IMG/VR virus record: IMGVR_UViG_3300049846_001128
Coordinates: 1-64,000 of that record
Source of the DNA: a virus
Reading direction: 5' to 3' (one strand)
DNA length: 64,000 nt
How positions within the stretch are numbered: the first letter of the stretch is position 1; each line of letters begins with the position of its first letter. Position numbers and translations under genes: made by a program. Under the pieces are notes generated by a model that saw nothing but the letters and a program-made list of their open reading frames with translations, made no database searches and was not told the DNA's origin. This document shows, one piece after another, positions 1 through 8,241 of this stretch.

Positions 1-149
1 GCTACGAAGTCGGCTATAAAGTTGGCTATCAAGTTGGCTATCAAGTTGGCTATAAAGTTGGCTATCAAGTTGGCTATAAAGTTGGCTACGAAGTCGGCTA
101 TAAAGTCGGCTATCAAGTTGGCTATCAAGTTGGCTATAAAGTTGGCTAT
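1..149. repeat. 12-bp tandem repeat (aagt[tc]ggcta[tc][acg]), at least 12 copies, coding
   Basis: Directly visible; encodes S-Q/R-L-x on the minus strand. Confidence 0.95.
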
Positions 150-354
150 TCATAAAAATCTGACAAGCCATCGGAGAATCTAAAAACAAAACAGTCTTAG
201 GTTTTTGCACTTGCATTATTTTTTCATAAAGAAAATTGATAGCATTTGTGGCTTTTTCTCTGTCAATAGTTTCAACTCTTCTACCAACTTTAAGCCATTT
301 ATCTAAGTACAGGGGAATTTGTTCTTCTTGAGCTTTAGTTAAAGACTTAATCAT
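1..354 (-). CDS. DUF6745-like protein with SQL(D/Y/R) tetrapeptide repeats (truncated by window edge)
   Basis: Read manually: ATG at 354-352 with GGAG RBS; MIKSLTKAQEEQIPLYLDKWLKVG...FLDSPMACQIFMNSQLYSQLDSQLDSRLYSRLRSQL..., open to position 1. Confidence 0.75.
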   Translation of the reverse strand, partial: MIKSLTKAQEEQIPLYLDKWLKVGRRVETIDREKATNAINFLYEKIMQVQKPKTVLFLDSPMACQIFMNSQLYSQLDSQLDSRLYSRLRSQLYSQLDSQLYSQLDSQLDSQLYSRLRS

Positions 355-367
355 TTAATACTCCAGT

Positions 368-402
368 AAAAAAGCTGGGAGAGGAATTTACCTCATCCCA
401 GC
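368..402 (-). terminator. Rho-independent terminator after AAA ATPase
   Basis: Minus strand GCTGGGATGAGG-loop-CCTCTCCCAGC followed by TTTTTT. Confidence 0.75.
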
Positions 403-444
403 CGGTGATGACACAAGTATACAGGAGGAAAAACACTGTGTCAA

Positions 445-1590
445 TTACTTTTTAGCATTTTCTTCGCTTGCTTTATAAGCGTCTTTTGACTTCTTAGCTT
501 CTAAACAACGATCAATCAAGTCTTTCTTAGTGTGTAAGTTTTCAAGCAAAACTTGGTTTGTGGTAAATTCTTGAACGTTTTTAAGATTTACCAGTGATGC
601 GTAACAGTTCTCAATAGGAGAGTCCATTAGGAAGTTATAGTAATTGTCAACTTGCTCTTTAGTCAAAGTCTTGTCTTCTAACAAACGCTTTAGCTCTTCA
701 ATAGCACTGTTAGAAACTTGAGAAACAATGTCAGTTCTTGGAGTTTCAAGCTCCTCGCCAGTCTTAGGGTTTTTGAAGTAGCTAACGTAAGTGTTTCTTA
801 CTTTGTTATATTGGTTAAGAATTTCCTTACCATCAACAATCTTGGCTTGACTCTCCTTCCAAGCACCATAAGCAATCATAGCTGTTGTACCAACAATTCC
901 CATGCCGCATTCACGGAAAAGATTGTCAGGAATTCCAGTGTTCTCAAGCTTTTGTAAACGATCCCAAGAACGTCGAGAAGGTTTAACAAAGTCAAGAGTA
1001 ACAGGGGCAAGGTCTAACTCCTCAAGAAGTTTTGTTTGAGTCTGAAGGAATCGAGAAATAGGACTATCTCCGTATTTCTTAGCCATGAATGAATGGAATT
1101 CTTCATGAGTCGGATCAAGGTTAATGTGAACAAAGCGATCAGCAAAAGCTTTGTCGGCAAAGTCAAGCACTGAATAATCATCTGTAGCAGGATTCATTGC
1201 CATAATGATCATCGAGTCAGCCGGAAGTTCATAATCGTGAAGTGTACCTTCCAAAGCAAGCTGGAAAATAGCCTGTAAAAGGTCTTTTGAAGCTCTGTTA
1301 AGCTCGTCAAAGAATAAGATTGACTTAGGCTTTTTAGGAAGCTTAGCCGGGTGAATAAAGCTAACTGAAAGAGCTTTGCCATCTTTGTTGCGATTAAATT
1401 CTGGTAGTCCCAAAATGTCGCCGGTATCTGCCATCTGCCCTAGAAAGTAAGGGTGAAATGAGTAGCCGTTCTCTTTTGCATACTGAGCGACAACGGATGA
1501 CTTACCAATGCCGTGTTTACCGATGATATTTGGTACAAGTCCGGCTTCTTTAAGAAATGGAATAACAGTTTGAAGTTGCGTGATGTTCAT
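445..1590 (-). CDS. MoxR-like AAA+ ATPase
   Basis: Walker A GKHGIGKS, Walker B ILFFDELNRA, MAMNP, FADRF and SRRSW motifs; start moved to ATG 1590 with GGAGG RBS. Confidence 0.85.
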   Translation of the reverse strand: MNITQLQTVIPFLKEAGLVPNIIGKHGIGKSSVVAQYAKENGYSFHPYFLGQMADTGDILGLPEFNRNKDGKALSVSFIHPAKLPKKPKSILFFDELNRASKDLLQAIFQLALEGTLHDYELPADSMIIMAMNPATDDYSVLDFADKAFADRFVHINLDPTHEEFHSFMAKKYGDSPISRFLQTQTKLLEELDLAPVTLDFVKPSRRSWDRLQKLENTGIPDNLFRECGMGIVGTTAMIAYGAWKESQAKIVDGKEILNQYNKVRNTYVSYFKNPKTGEELETPRTDIVSQVSNSAIEELKRLLEDKTLTKEQVDNYYNFLMDSPIENCYASLVNLKNVQEFTTNQVLLENLHTKKDLIDRCLEAKKSKDAYKASEENAKK

Positions 1591-1632
1591 TATTTCCTCC
1601 TGTGGAAAGTTAATCACTTAAATTAGTATAGC

Positions 1633-2112
1633 TTATTTAATTTCCTGTGTCAAACTAATTCTATTAAAATTCTTGCTTTTATTTTCACAAACAACTAGCT
1701 TTTTTTCCACCAGTTTTTTTAAAGCTTTAATACTAGTTTTATAATTCATATTTAACATTGGCAAAAGTTTAGTCAATCCGTTAACTTCACCGGCTTCTTT
1801 AATAGCCGAGTAAAGCATGAATTCACTCGGAGTTAAGTCTGAAAAGAGTTTAGACAAAGGCTTTATTGGAGCTTTTACTTCCCGCTCTTTGTGAATGCGC
1901 TTAGCTTTTACCTTTTTCTGCTTTCCATCAACGATTAAATCAATGGTAAGTTCTTGCCCACCGACTAATATCCTTCTTCCTTTCGGAGTCATTCCTAAAA
2001 TCTCAACTTCAGTGCTGGAAGAAAAGCCCAAGATTGGAGTTGCTTTAAAAATGCTGTTGAAAGTTCCAACGTCTTGAAAAGGTTTTGACTCAAATAATTC
2101 AATTAAATTCAT
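1633..2112 (-). CDS. Winged-helix DNA-binding protein (C-terminal HTH)
   Basis: LTPSEFMLYSAI...LNMNYKTSIKALKKLVEKKLV resembles a MarR-type wHTH. Confidence 0.6.
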   Translation of the reverse strand: MNLIELFESKPFQDVGTFNSIFKATPILGFSSSTEVEILGMTPKGRRILVGGQELTIDLIVDGKQKKVKAKRIHKEREVKAPIKPLSKLFSDLTPSEFMLYSAIKEAGEVNGLTKLLPMLNMNYKTSIKALKKLVEKKLVVCENKSKNFNRISLTQEIK

Positions 2113-2192
2113 TTGCTAATCCTTTTACACTGGTAAGTGCCTTTTACAATCTTAGCGTAGCTTTTTCCCACTTTATCACAATTTGCTTTGTT

Positions 2193-2230
2193 AATAAAAT
2201 GGTAGCCGTGAGTTACGCTCCCGTGTACCA
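2193..2230 (-). terminator. Hairpin, probable terminator
   Basis: Minus strand TGGTACACGGGAG-CGTAA-CTCACGGCTACCA followed by TTTTATT. Confidence 0.45.
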
Positions 2231-2254
2231 TCATAACAGTTAAGACGTAATATG

Positions 2255-2560
2255 TCAACATAAAGCTACCTCTAAATCAGTGGCTTTCCTTACAATGTAG
2301 ATGCTGGCAATTGCTTTACCTTCATACAAGCTAGTGTGCCAAGCTTTTATATAAGGTGAATTAGAGTGTACTAAAACTGCAGGATAATCCGAAGAATTTA
2401 AAATGCTTTGATTTGTTGAACAATCAAACCAAGTTGCTACAACTTTTCCAACAAAACTCTCACCATCCCAGTTTGATGTAGTGTTAAAAACGTACCAACC
2501 ACACTCAACTTCCCCGAGTTTTAGCGTAGCCTTTTCTCGTAAATTCTTTTCCAAATTCAA
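2255..2560 (-). CDS. Hypothetical protein, C-terminal tag family (..ATDLEVALC)
   Basis: ORF track; start uncertain. Confidence 0.6.
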   Translation of the reverse strand: MNLEKNLREKATLKLGEVECGWYVFNTTSNWDGESFVGKVVATWFDCSTNQSILNSSDYPAVLVHSNSPYIKAWHTSLYEGKAIASIYIVRKATDLEVALC

Positions 2561-2774
2561 CTCCTAACTCAATTAAGTTTCTTCTAACAGCTCGCCTTAA
2601 AACATTCCTATTCATGGAAAATCCACTTCGCACAACGTTCCTACGCTTTGCGTTGTAAATCTTCCACTCACCAATAGTATAACACACTGTTGCAAAATAT
2701 TCAACACCTTTTTTGGTCTTAAGCGTATTGCTTTTTAACAAGCCTTTGTGTTCTTTGTAGCTAATGCGAATCAT
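2505..2774 (-). CDS. Basic hypothetical protein
   Basis: ORF with TAATG coupling to the upstream gene. Confidence 0.6.
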   Translation of the reverse strand: MIRISYKEHKGLLKSNTLKTKKGVEYFATVCYTIGEWKIYNAKRRNVVRSGFSMNRNVLRRAVRRNLIELGVEFGKEFTRKGYAKTRGS

Positions 2775-2998
2775 TAAACATTTCCCAAAGCCTTTTTTAT
2801 TTCAGCCATGTCAAGCTTAGAAACTGCAATAGCTTGTTTCACAACTTTTTGGGTTACGTCTTCTCCAGTTCCTTTTTGAGTCACGGTTACACCTTCACCA
2901 TTGGCAAGTTTTGACAAAAGAACGTCAAGATTGACATATTTCTTCTGGGAAAGTGAGTAAGTTTTACGGTTAGAGTAGCGAATAAATTGTTCTTTCAT
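2774..2998 (-). CDS. PhaR/PHB-accumulation-regulator N-terminal DNA-binding domain protein
   Basis: RYSNRKTYSLSQKKYVNL...VTVTQKGTGEDVT matches the KYxNRRLYD..S.YITL...KTGEDLT pattern. Confidence 0.75.
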   Translation of the reverse strand: MKEQFIRYSNRKTYSLSQKKYVNLDVLLSKLANGEGVTVTQKGTGEDVTQKVVKQAIAVSKLDMAEIKKALGNV

Positions 2999-3007
2999 AA
3001 TTTTCTC

Positions 3008-3151
3008 CTATTGTACTGTTAAGTAAATTGTATTTCCATTTAGTTGCTCAACGAGTTCAAAAAGCTCAGCTTCTAACATTTTACGCTCAATTTCTGTTTT
3101 TGCCAAGTCAAGCTTTTCACACGTTTGGTCAATTTTTTGTTCAATATTCAT
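3008..3151 (-). CDS. Hypothetical 47-aa protein
   Basis: Read manually: MNIEQKIDQTCEKLDLAK...; AGGAG RBS. Confidence 0.55.
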   Translation of the reverse strand: MNIEQKIDQTCEKLDLAKTEIERKMLEAELFELVEQLNGNTIYLTVQ

Positions 3152-3158
3152 AAAGCTC

Positions 3159-3401
3159 CTAAAGTTTGCAAAGTTTAATGTTTTCAATAACTATAACTGA
3201 TTTTCCATCTTTTAAGCATTGACGCTTTGCTTCATTCCCATTTACAACGTCTGAAGTAACTCCGATTATAACTGCGGTAATAATTAAAACTATAACACTT
3301 CCGGCAAAAAACTCTCCCTCTTCTTGTCTAAATCCTAAAACAGCTAAGAGAATTGCCACTAAAATAAAAACTCCCAAAATGCCTCCAACTATAATTTCCA
3401 T
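3159..3401 (-). CDS. Small two-TM membrane protein
   Basis: Two hydrophobic segments; AGGAG RBS before ATG 3401. Confidence 0.65.
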   Translation of the reverse strand: MEIIVGGILGVFILVAILLAVLGFRQEEGEFFAGSVIVLIITAVIIGVTSDVVNGNEAKRQCLKDGKSVIVIENIKLCKL

Positions 3402-3432
3402 AAAGCTCCTTTTAAATGCTTTCCTCAAATAA

Positions 3433-3462
3433 ATTATAAACCAACTTAGCACACAATGTCAA
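3433..3462 (-). promoter_or_regulatory. sigma70 promoter
   Basis: TTGACA-18-TATAAT. Confidence 0.7.
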
Positions 3463-3556
3463 CAAAAAATAAACACTAATTAAAACCAAGAATAACTCCT
3501 TGCAAAAGCATTGCTAAGTGAATTGTAACTAAGCCTAAGATTAAATACTTTGCCAT

Positions 3557-3898
3557 TTAAACTACCTCAAAAGTTTTGCCCGTAGTCTTGTCTTTAAAAA
3601 AGCCTTTATCCTTGCTAGGAGTTAACGCTTCTCTAAAAGTACCTAGCTTTTTGCCGCTTTTTCCGGCTTTACCGTCGTTTTCAACTACCATTGAAACGCT
3701 TAGCTTGGCTTTCTTTAAAAATGCGTTTAAAGCCTTTTCCTCGGTTTTATTTCCAGCCTCTATAACTAGTACCGAGTTAGTACCGTCGGCATTGACTCTT
3801 TCAATCTGGCGAAAATTGTAGCCTTGGGAAAGAACAAAGCCAACTAAGTCACGGCGAAGTTCTGGAATAATGTTTAAGTCAATAAAAATTGTTTTCAT
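3557..3898 (-). CDS. Hypothetical protein
   Basis: ORF track, co-oriented in the operon. Confidence 0.65.
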   Translation of the reverse strand: MKTIFIDLNIIPELRRDLVGFVLSQGYNFRQIERVNADGTNSVLVIEAGNKTEEKALNAFLKKAKLSVSMVVENDGKAGKSGKKLGTFREALTPSKDKGFFKDKTTGKTFEVV

Positions 3899-4074
3899 TT
3901 TACCTTCTTTTCAATGCTTTCAATGTTATAAAGCTCGTTGATTGCTTTTTCTTTGCTAACTTGACTTTGACTCATTGCACCGATTCTTACAACAGTTTTT
4001 TGATTGTCTAAAGCTTTTTTCAAAACTTCCACTTCTCTTTCATTTAACGTAATTGTCTTTTCTTTCTTTGCCAT
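3895..4074 (-). CDS. Hypothetical 59-aa protein
   Basis: Read manually: MAKKEKTITLNEREVEVLKKALD...; GGGAGG RBS; ATGA overlap with next gene. Confidence 0.6.
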   Translation of the reverse strand: MAKKEKTITLNEREVEVLKKALDNQKTVVRIGAMSQSQVSKEKAINELYNIESIEKKVK

Positions 4075-4103
4075 AAGTTCCTCCCTCGGCTACCGCCTAA
4101 CTC

Positions 4104-4132
4104 ATTTTAACACAGTGCTTAATTTTTTGCAA
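4104..4132 (-). promoter_or_regulatory. sigma70 promoter
   Basis: TTGCAA-17-TAAAAT. Confidence 0.55.
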
Positions 4133-4499
4133 GTCTTTCTTTAATTCTTTGCCGATTTATTTCCATAGCCTCGGCAGTCGGTTGATAATCATTATAAAAC
4201 TGCTTAGGACAGTCTTTAAAAATGCTTGAGTCAAGGTAGCTAGGGTTATAGCCGCGCCTAAGCATTTCCGCCACTAAAGCCTCAAAACGCTTCTCTAGGA
4301 ATTGCATTTTATCCATGAAGAATTTTACATGCCCACTTCCAAGCTTGTATTCACTAGGAATTTCTGCCATGCTAAAAGGCTTTCCCTTGCGGCTAAGCGA
4401 CGTTTTTAGGTTAGTAGGAAGACGAGTTATCTCCCTGTACTCGGCGATTAAATGCTGGCGAGTTAATTCCTCTACTGGAACGACATTAATTCTTGTCAC
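4119..4499 (-). CDS. denV: Pyrimidine dimer DNA glycosylase (T4 endonuclease V)
   Basis: MTRINVVPVEELTRQHLIAEYREITR...YKLGSGHVKFF...EMLRRGY matches T4 DenV. Confidence 0.93.
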   Translation of the reverse strand: MTRINVVPVEELTRQHLIAEYREITRLPTNLKTSLSRKGKPFSMAEIPSEYKLGSGHVKFFMDKMQFLEKRFEALVAEMLRRGYNPSYLDSSIFKDCPKQFYNDYQPTAEAMEINRQRIKERLAKN

Positions 4500-4506
4500 A
4501 AAACTC

Positions 4507-4788
4507 CTAGGTTAAAGCCATCCGTAAAGCATACTGACCGGTTACTTCTTTCTTATTATAACGCAATGTAACAATTCTGTCAAGGGGGATCGTTCTGTAT
4601 TCCTTCTTTTTTAGGTCAAAAACGACTAAGTTTCCAACTTGCTCTGCATTGTAGCGCAAAGCCCCACCTTTCAAGGCTTTAATAACGCCAAGTCTACCGT
4701 GGATAGTTCTAACTTCTCCATTTTTCTTGACAAAAGTTGCAGAAAAGAATTTCCCTTTTAGTTCTTTTTTAAGCTGAATAATGTTCAT
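4507..4788 (-). CDS. WYL/SH3-fold phage protein
   Basis: FVKKNGEVR...VFDLKKKEYRTIPLDRI pattern. Confidence 0.6.
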   Translation of the reverse strand: MNIIQLKKELKGKFFSATFVKKNGEVRTIHGRLGVIKALKGGALRYNAEQVGNLVVFDLKKKEYRTIPLDRIVTLRYNKKEVTGQYALRMALT

Positions 4789-4793
4789 TTTTT

Positions 4794-4949
4794 TTAATCC
4801 TTTACTTCGTTTAAAATAGCATTTATTATATTTTTCAATTCAGTTTCATAATCCTCTTCTCCAGAATCTTGCCTTTCTAACTCCCATTCTAAAAGTCTAT
4901 GTAAAGTATTCCATTCATCAGAAGTAAGACCTATGTAAATTTTACTCAT
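4794..4949 (-). CDS. Hypothetical 51-aa protein
   Basis: Read manually: MSKIYIGLTSDEWNTLHRLLEWELE...; GAGGG RBS; downstream of a promoter. Confidence 0.6.
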   Translation of the reverse strand: MSKIYIGLTSDEWNTLHRLLEWELERQDSGEEDYETELKNIINAILNEVKD

Positions 4950-4987
4950 TTTAAACCCTCGCTGTTGAAGTTCCCTTTCTTAGCTTT

Positions 4988-5016
4988 ATTCTACGCTAAT
5001 TAACAACGCTTGTCAA
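4988..5016 (-). promoter_or_regulatory. sigma70 promoter
   Basis: TTGACA-17-TAGAAT. Confidence 0.75.
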
Positions 5017-5128
5017 TCCCTTTTGTAAAGCTTTTCATACTCGGCTTGTTTTAACTTTTGACTTTCTTCATACTTAGAAAATACCCAATAAATGAACCAG
5101 ATTTTCAAAATAAAAACTATTGGCATTT

Positions 5129-5446
5129 TTAATCCTTTTTTACTTCGTTTTTAAGCCTATAACAAAGCCTTCCGTCTTGATACTTCTCCCCTGTATTTAC
5201 GTTAAAAAGCTCATAAGTTCCGCAATTTTTAGTATTACTGTTGTAAATACCGCACCAAACTTTTAAGCCCACGGCAATCTTATCATCAACAAAAATTATT
5301 TTGTAATGCTTTTTTGCCCAACTATCAGACTCTTGCAAATAAACTTTATTTAGTTCAAGCTTAATTGCCTTTTCTCTTAGAAACTTTTGATACTCAAGGG
5401 CTTTTTTGTCCCAATAGTCTAACTCGTCGTCAATTTCATTTTCCAT
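5129..5446 (-). CDS. Hypothetical protein
   Basis: ORF track. Confidence 0.6.
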   Translation of the reverse strand: MENEIDDELDYWDKKALEYQKFLREKAIKLELNKVYLQESDSWAKKHYKIIFVDDKIAVGLKVWCGIYNSNTKNCGTYELFNVNTGEKYQDGRLCYRLKNEVKKD

Positions 5447-5449
5447 AAA

Positions 5450-5686
5450 TTAATCCCTATCTTGCATTAAGTCGGCTTTTTTATCACAACAAGCGTCACA
5501 AATTTCTGCGTTATAAAGGAATTCAGTTTCTTCCCTATACTCGCCACAACAGTCACAAATTTGCAAGTTTTCAGCGCAGTCTTCGCAAACTAGCTTATTT
5601 TTTCCAGTGTAATAACTATTTGAATAATCTTTTGAGCCACAAAACTCACAAGCCTCGTCGTGAGCTATCTTAATTGTAAACGTCAT
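5450..5686 (-). CDS. Cys-rich zinc-finger protein
   Basis: Four CxxC pairs. Confidence 0.65.
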   Translation of the reverse strand: MTFTIKIAHDEACEFCGSKDYSNSYYTGKNKLVCEDCAENLQICDCCGEYREETEFLYNAEICDACCDKKADLMQDRD

Positions 5687-5708
5687 AAGTCACTCCCTTG
5701 TTAGCTTT

Positions 5709-5737
5709 AGTTTAGCATTTTTAATTCAATGCGTCAA
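5709..5737 (-). promoter_or_regulatory. sigma70 promoter
   Basis: TTGACG-17-(TG)TAAACT. Confidence 0.7.
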
Positions 5738-5740
5738 TTA

Positions 5741-6010
5741 TTATAAGTCAGACAATGCTTTTTCTTTTAAGGCTTTTTTCTTGTCTTGTATAGCATGGTA
5801 AATAATATCATGCAAAGTTTCATCATCGCCTCTTGAGTGTAAATGTCCTAAAGTTTGACCTTTGAAGTCAATCTTATAAAGGCTATTGTAACGCTCGATA
5901 ATCAAACTATCATCAAAAAAATAAATTATATTGCCTATCCAATTTTCATCAAAGCGTTGACTGCTTTTAATTCTTTCAGCTATTTTATTTACATTGTCAA
6001 GATTAAGCAT
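5741..6010 (-). CDS. Hypothetical protein
   Basis: ORF track; GGGAG RBS. Confidence 0.6.
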   Translation of the reverse strand: MLNLDNVNKIAERIKSSQRFDENWIGNIIYFFDDSLIIERYNSLYKIDFKGQTLGHLHSRGDDETLHDIIYHAIQDKKKALKEKALSDL

Positions 6011-6032
6011 AAATTACTCCCTTAAATTAGTT

Positions 6033-6575
6033 TTAAAACGCTTTTCCCCTAGCCCCCACCCACACCAAGGCTTGTACTTGGTGAGGCTTTAAATTCAATT
6101 CTAAGGCTACTTCTGACAGCCATTGCGAGGCTTGTTTATAACGCTTAGGAGTAATGCTTTTAAAGCCAAAAACTTTTATCATCCAACTATCTATAGTTAC
6201 GTCGTTTGACTCCATTGGCTTGTAAATATTCAAGAAAAATGCTTTAGTCTTATTGCCGCCAAGAATTTCCAAAACTTCCTTTTCAGTTTTTGCGCCAAGA
6301 ATTGCCAAGGCTTTTTTACGTTGGCTAGTGTAAGTTGCAAGATTAGCAATTGACCTAGTGGCACAGAATCTTTCCGCATCTCTTAGGTTAGTCGTAAAGA
6401 TAACCATTGGAGAAAGCGCAGAAATAATGCCCGCAGTTTGAAGCAAAGTCAAGTCGTTTCTTTCTGCCAAGTTTTTAGCATAGTCGTGAAGGATGAAATA
6501 CCAATCCAGAGAGGCTTGGTAATTAGTTTCATCAAGCTTTGCAATAATGTCATAAATCTGTTGTTTCATTGTCAT
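6033..6575 (-). CDS. HhH-GPD glycosylase-like phage protein (DUF7178-like)
   Basis: WY...ISALSP...GNKTKAFFLNI...VTIDSWM...PHQVQALVWV motifs. Confidence 0.6.
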   Translation of the reverse strand: MTMKQQIYDIIAKLDETNYQASLDWYFILHDYAKNLAERNDLTLLQTAGIISALSPMVIFTTNLRDAERFCATRSIANLATYTSQRKKALAILGAKTEKEVLEILGGNKTKAFFLNIYKPMESNDVTIDSWMIKVFGFKSITPKRYKQASQWLSEVALELNLKPHQVQALVWVGARGKAF

Positions 6576-6612
6576 TTCCTTTGTTAGTTGGCTATTTCCT
6601 TAGCCTTGACTC

Positions 6613-6641
6613 ATTGTATCAAAATATTTAACCTTCGTCAA
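6613..6641 (-). promoter_or_regulatory. sigma70 promoter
   Basis: TTGACG-17-(TG)TACAAT. Confidence 0.75.
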
Positions 6642-6789
6642 TAGCTTTTTCCACAATTCTTGTCAAATTTCCAATTACCTCGTGAAGTTTTAAATAATTA
6701 GCACAATTTTTATTTAGTTGACCTTCTAAGCTCATATAAACTAAAGTCATTTTTAAATTGTCAAGTTCTTTTTTAATTTCTTCCATTTT

Positions 6790-6984
6790 CTAATCCTTCC
6801 TATATTTCAAATAAGTTTCGCGGTCAATGCGAGAAATGGGAACTTCCTTTGGAGCGATAATTTTAAGCCTTTTATTTCCATCAGGTGTAATGTAATAAAT
6901 AAGCGTAACATTTCCAACTTGAATGACTTCACTCTGATTTAAGCCAAGGCTTAAGCCTTTTGACAATTCTATTGCTTTATTCAT
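6790..6984 (-). CDS. CsrA/RsmA-like RNA-binding protein
   Basis: LSLGLNQSEVIQVGNVTL...RLKIIAPKEVPISR aligns with CsrA L.LTR..GE.I.IG...VRIGI.APKEV.I.R. Confidence 0.7.
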   Translation of the reverse strand: MNKAIELSKGLSLGLNQSEVIQVGNVTLIYYITPDGNKRLKIIAPKEVPISRIDRETYLKYRKD

Positions 6985-7122
6985 TTAATTCCCTTTGCAA
7001 ACGTCTTTACACGTTGCATTAATGTTTTTTGTTAGCTCGCTAACGCTTGATGTTGGTTGCATTGCCGCCACAACTACGCAAAAAAAGAAAAGTATTAAGA
7101 TTGCCTTCATAATTTTCCCCTT

Positions 7123-7443
7123 TTACACTAACGCTTGGTTTAACGCCGTGGCTTCAATTTTGAAATTTACATGCCTTTTATCGAACATCTCAAAAACTCG
7201 TGAAGTTATACCCTCTTCTCTCTTAATTTCCATTCTTAACATAGAAACTTGTAAAGGGCTTTCAATTGTTTTCATGTTTTCAGCCACGATGGCGCGGGCT
7301 TTTTCAACAATTTCCTCTTTGTTGAAATTTCCATCATTATAGTCAATGCTTCCAAGTTTTAACGCATGTCTATCAGGTTTTCTACAGCGTTTTTTAACGC
7401 CGTTAACATAGATCGTAATTTCAAACTTAACTTCCATTTTCAT
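7123..7443 (-). CDS. Hypothetical protein
   Basis: ORF track; AAAGGA RBS; promoter upstream. Confidence 0.65.
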   Translation of the reverse strand: MKMEVKFEITIYVNGVKKRCRKPDRHALKLGSIDYNDGNFNKEEIVEKARAIVAENMKTIESPLQVSMLRMEIKREEGITSRVFEMFDKRHVNFKIEATALNQALV

Positions 7444-7481
7444 TCCTTTGTTAGAAAAGCTTTAGTGCCTTTCTTTTAATT

Positions 7482-7510
7482 ATTATAGCAAAACTAACAA
7501 CGCTTGTCAA
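7482..7510 (-). promoter_or_regulatory. sigma70 promoter (perfect consensus)
   Basis: TTGACA-17-(TG)TATAAT. Confidence 0.85.
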
Positions 7511-7513
7511 TAA

Positions 7514-7915
7514 CTAAATTAAGCTTTTATTTTCCAGATACTCGCTAACGTCAACGCTTTGAACGTCTGCACGATAGTCAATAAATAGCTGCTCGCCTTT
7601 CTTAATGTCCCTAGCTGCTTGGAAGCGCATTAACTTACGGCTATTCCAGTCAATCAAGCCATAAAGCACATTGGCGTTGTCATCATGGTTGAATATTTCG
7701 CCATCGCCTAAAACTAAACAATCTTGCTTTAGCTCAGCGTTATAAGTGAAAGTGTAATACTGTAAATCAGTTTCATTTACTCTTTTAGTGTCCTCAGGGC
7801 TTAAAACTAAAAGCTCACAATTAGTTATAATCTCACCTAGCTTTATATCCCTCTCGGCAATAACTCCCCTTCCCATGCCTTCAATTAATTGTACTGAATA
7901 AATTGGCTTTTCCAT
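7514..7915 (-). CDS. SET-domain protein (lysine methyltransferase fold)
   Basis: GMGRGVIAERDIKLGEII, FNHDDNANV and AARDIKKGEQLFIDY are SET motifs. Confidence 0.88.
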   Translation of the reverse strand: MEKPIYSVQLIEGMGRGVIAERDIKLGEIITNCELLVLSPEDTKRVNETDLQYYTFTYNAELKQDCLVLGDGEIFNHDDNANVLYGLIDWNSRKLMRFQAARDIKKGEQLFIDYRADVQSVDVSEYLENKSLI

Positions 7916-7947
7916 TGGTCACTCCTTTAAATTAACTACCTTGACTA

Positions 7948-7976
7948 ATTGTATCAAAATTAAAGCGTTGTGTCAA
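7948..7976 (-). promoter_or_regulatory. sigma70 promoter
   Basis: TTGACA-17-(TG)TACAAT. Confidence 0.8.
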
Positions 7977-8023
7977 GCTTTTTAATCCATTATGTCAATC
8001 AGTTTTTGCATAAAATATTTCCT

Positions 8024-8200
8024 TTATTCGATTGTTGCGTTAGCAATCATATTTTCCATTACAAAAGTATCTACCTCATAAGCCCTTGAGTCATATACCT
8101 TAGCTTCCTCAAAGTTGCCACGGCTGAATTGAAAATCTGCTAGGTTTTTGTAATGCTTGGCTAGTTCGATTAAGTTTTGAGTAGTTTGGTCCATTTTCAT
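8024..8200 (-). CDS. Hypothetical 58-aa protein
   Basis: Read manually: MKMDQTTQNLIELAKHYKNLADFQFSRGNFEEAK...; AAAGGA RBS. Confidence 0.6.
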   Translation of the reverse strand: MKMDQTTQNLIELAKHYKNLADFQFSRGNFEEAKVYDSRAYEVDTFVMENMIANATIE

Positions 8201-8241
8201 TTCCTTTGTTCGGCTATCGCCTCGTCATTCTCTTGAATAAG

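Noticed and set aside
1-149. Possible CRISPR array or iterons
   Set aside because: 12-bp units abut with no unique spacers and translate in frame inside a gene.
2200-2230. tRNA-like element ending in CCA
   Set aside because: Single hairpin only; no D, anticodon or T arms.
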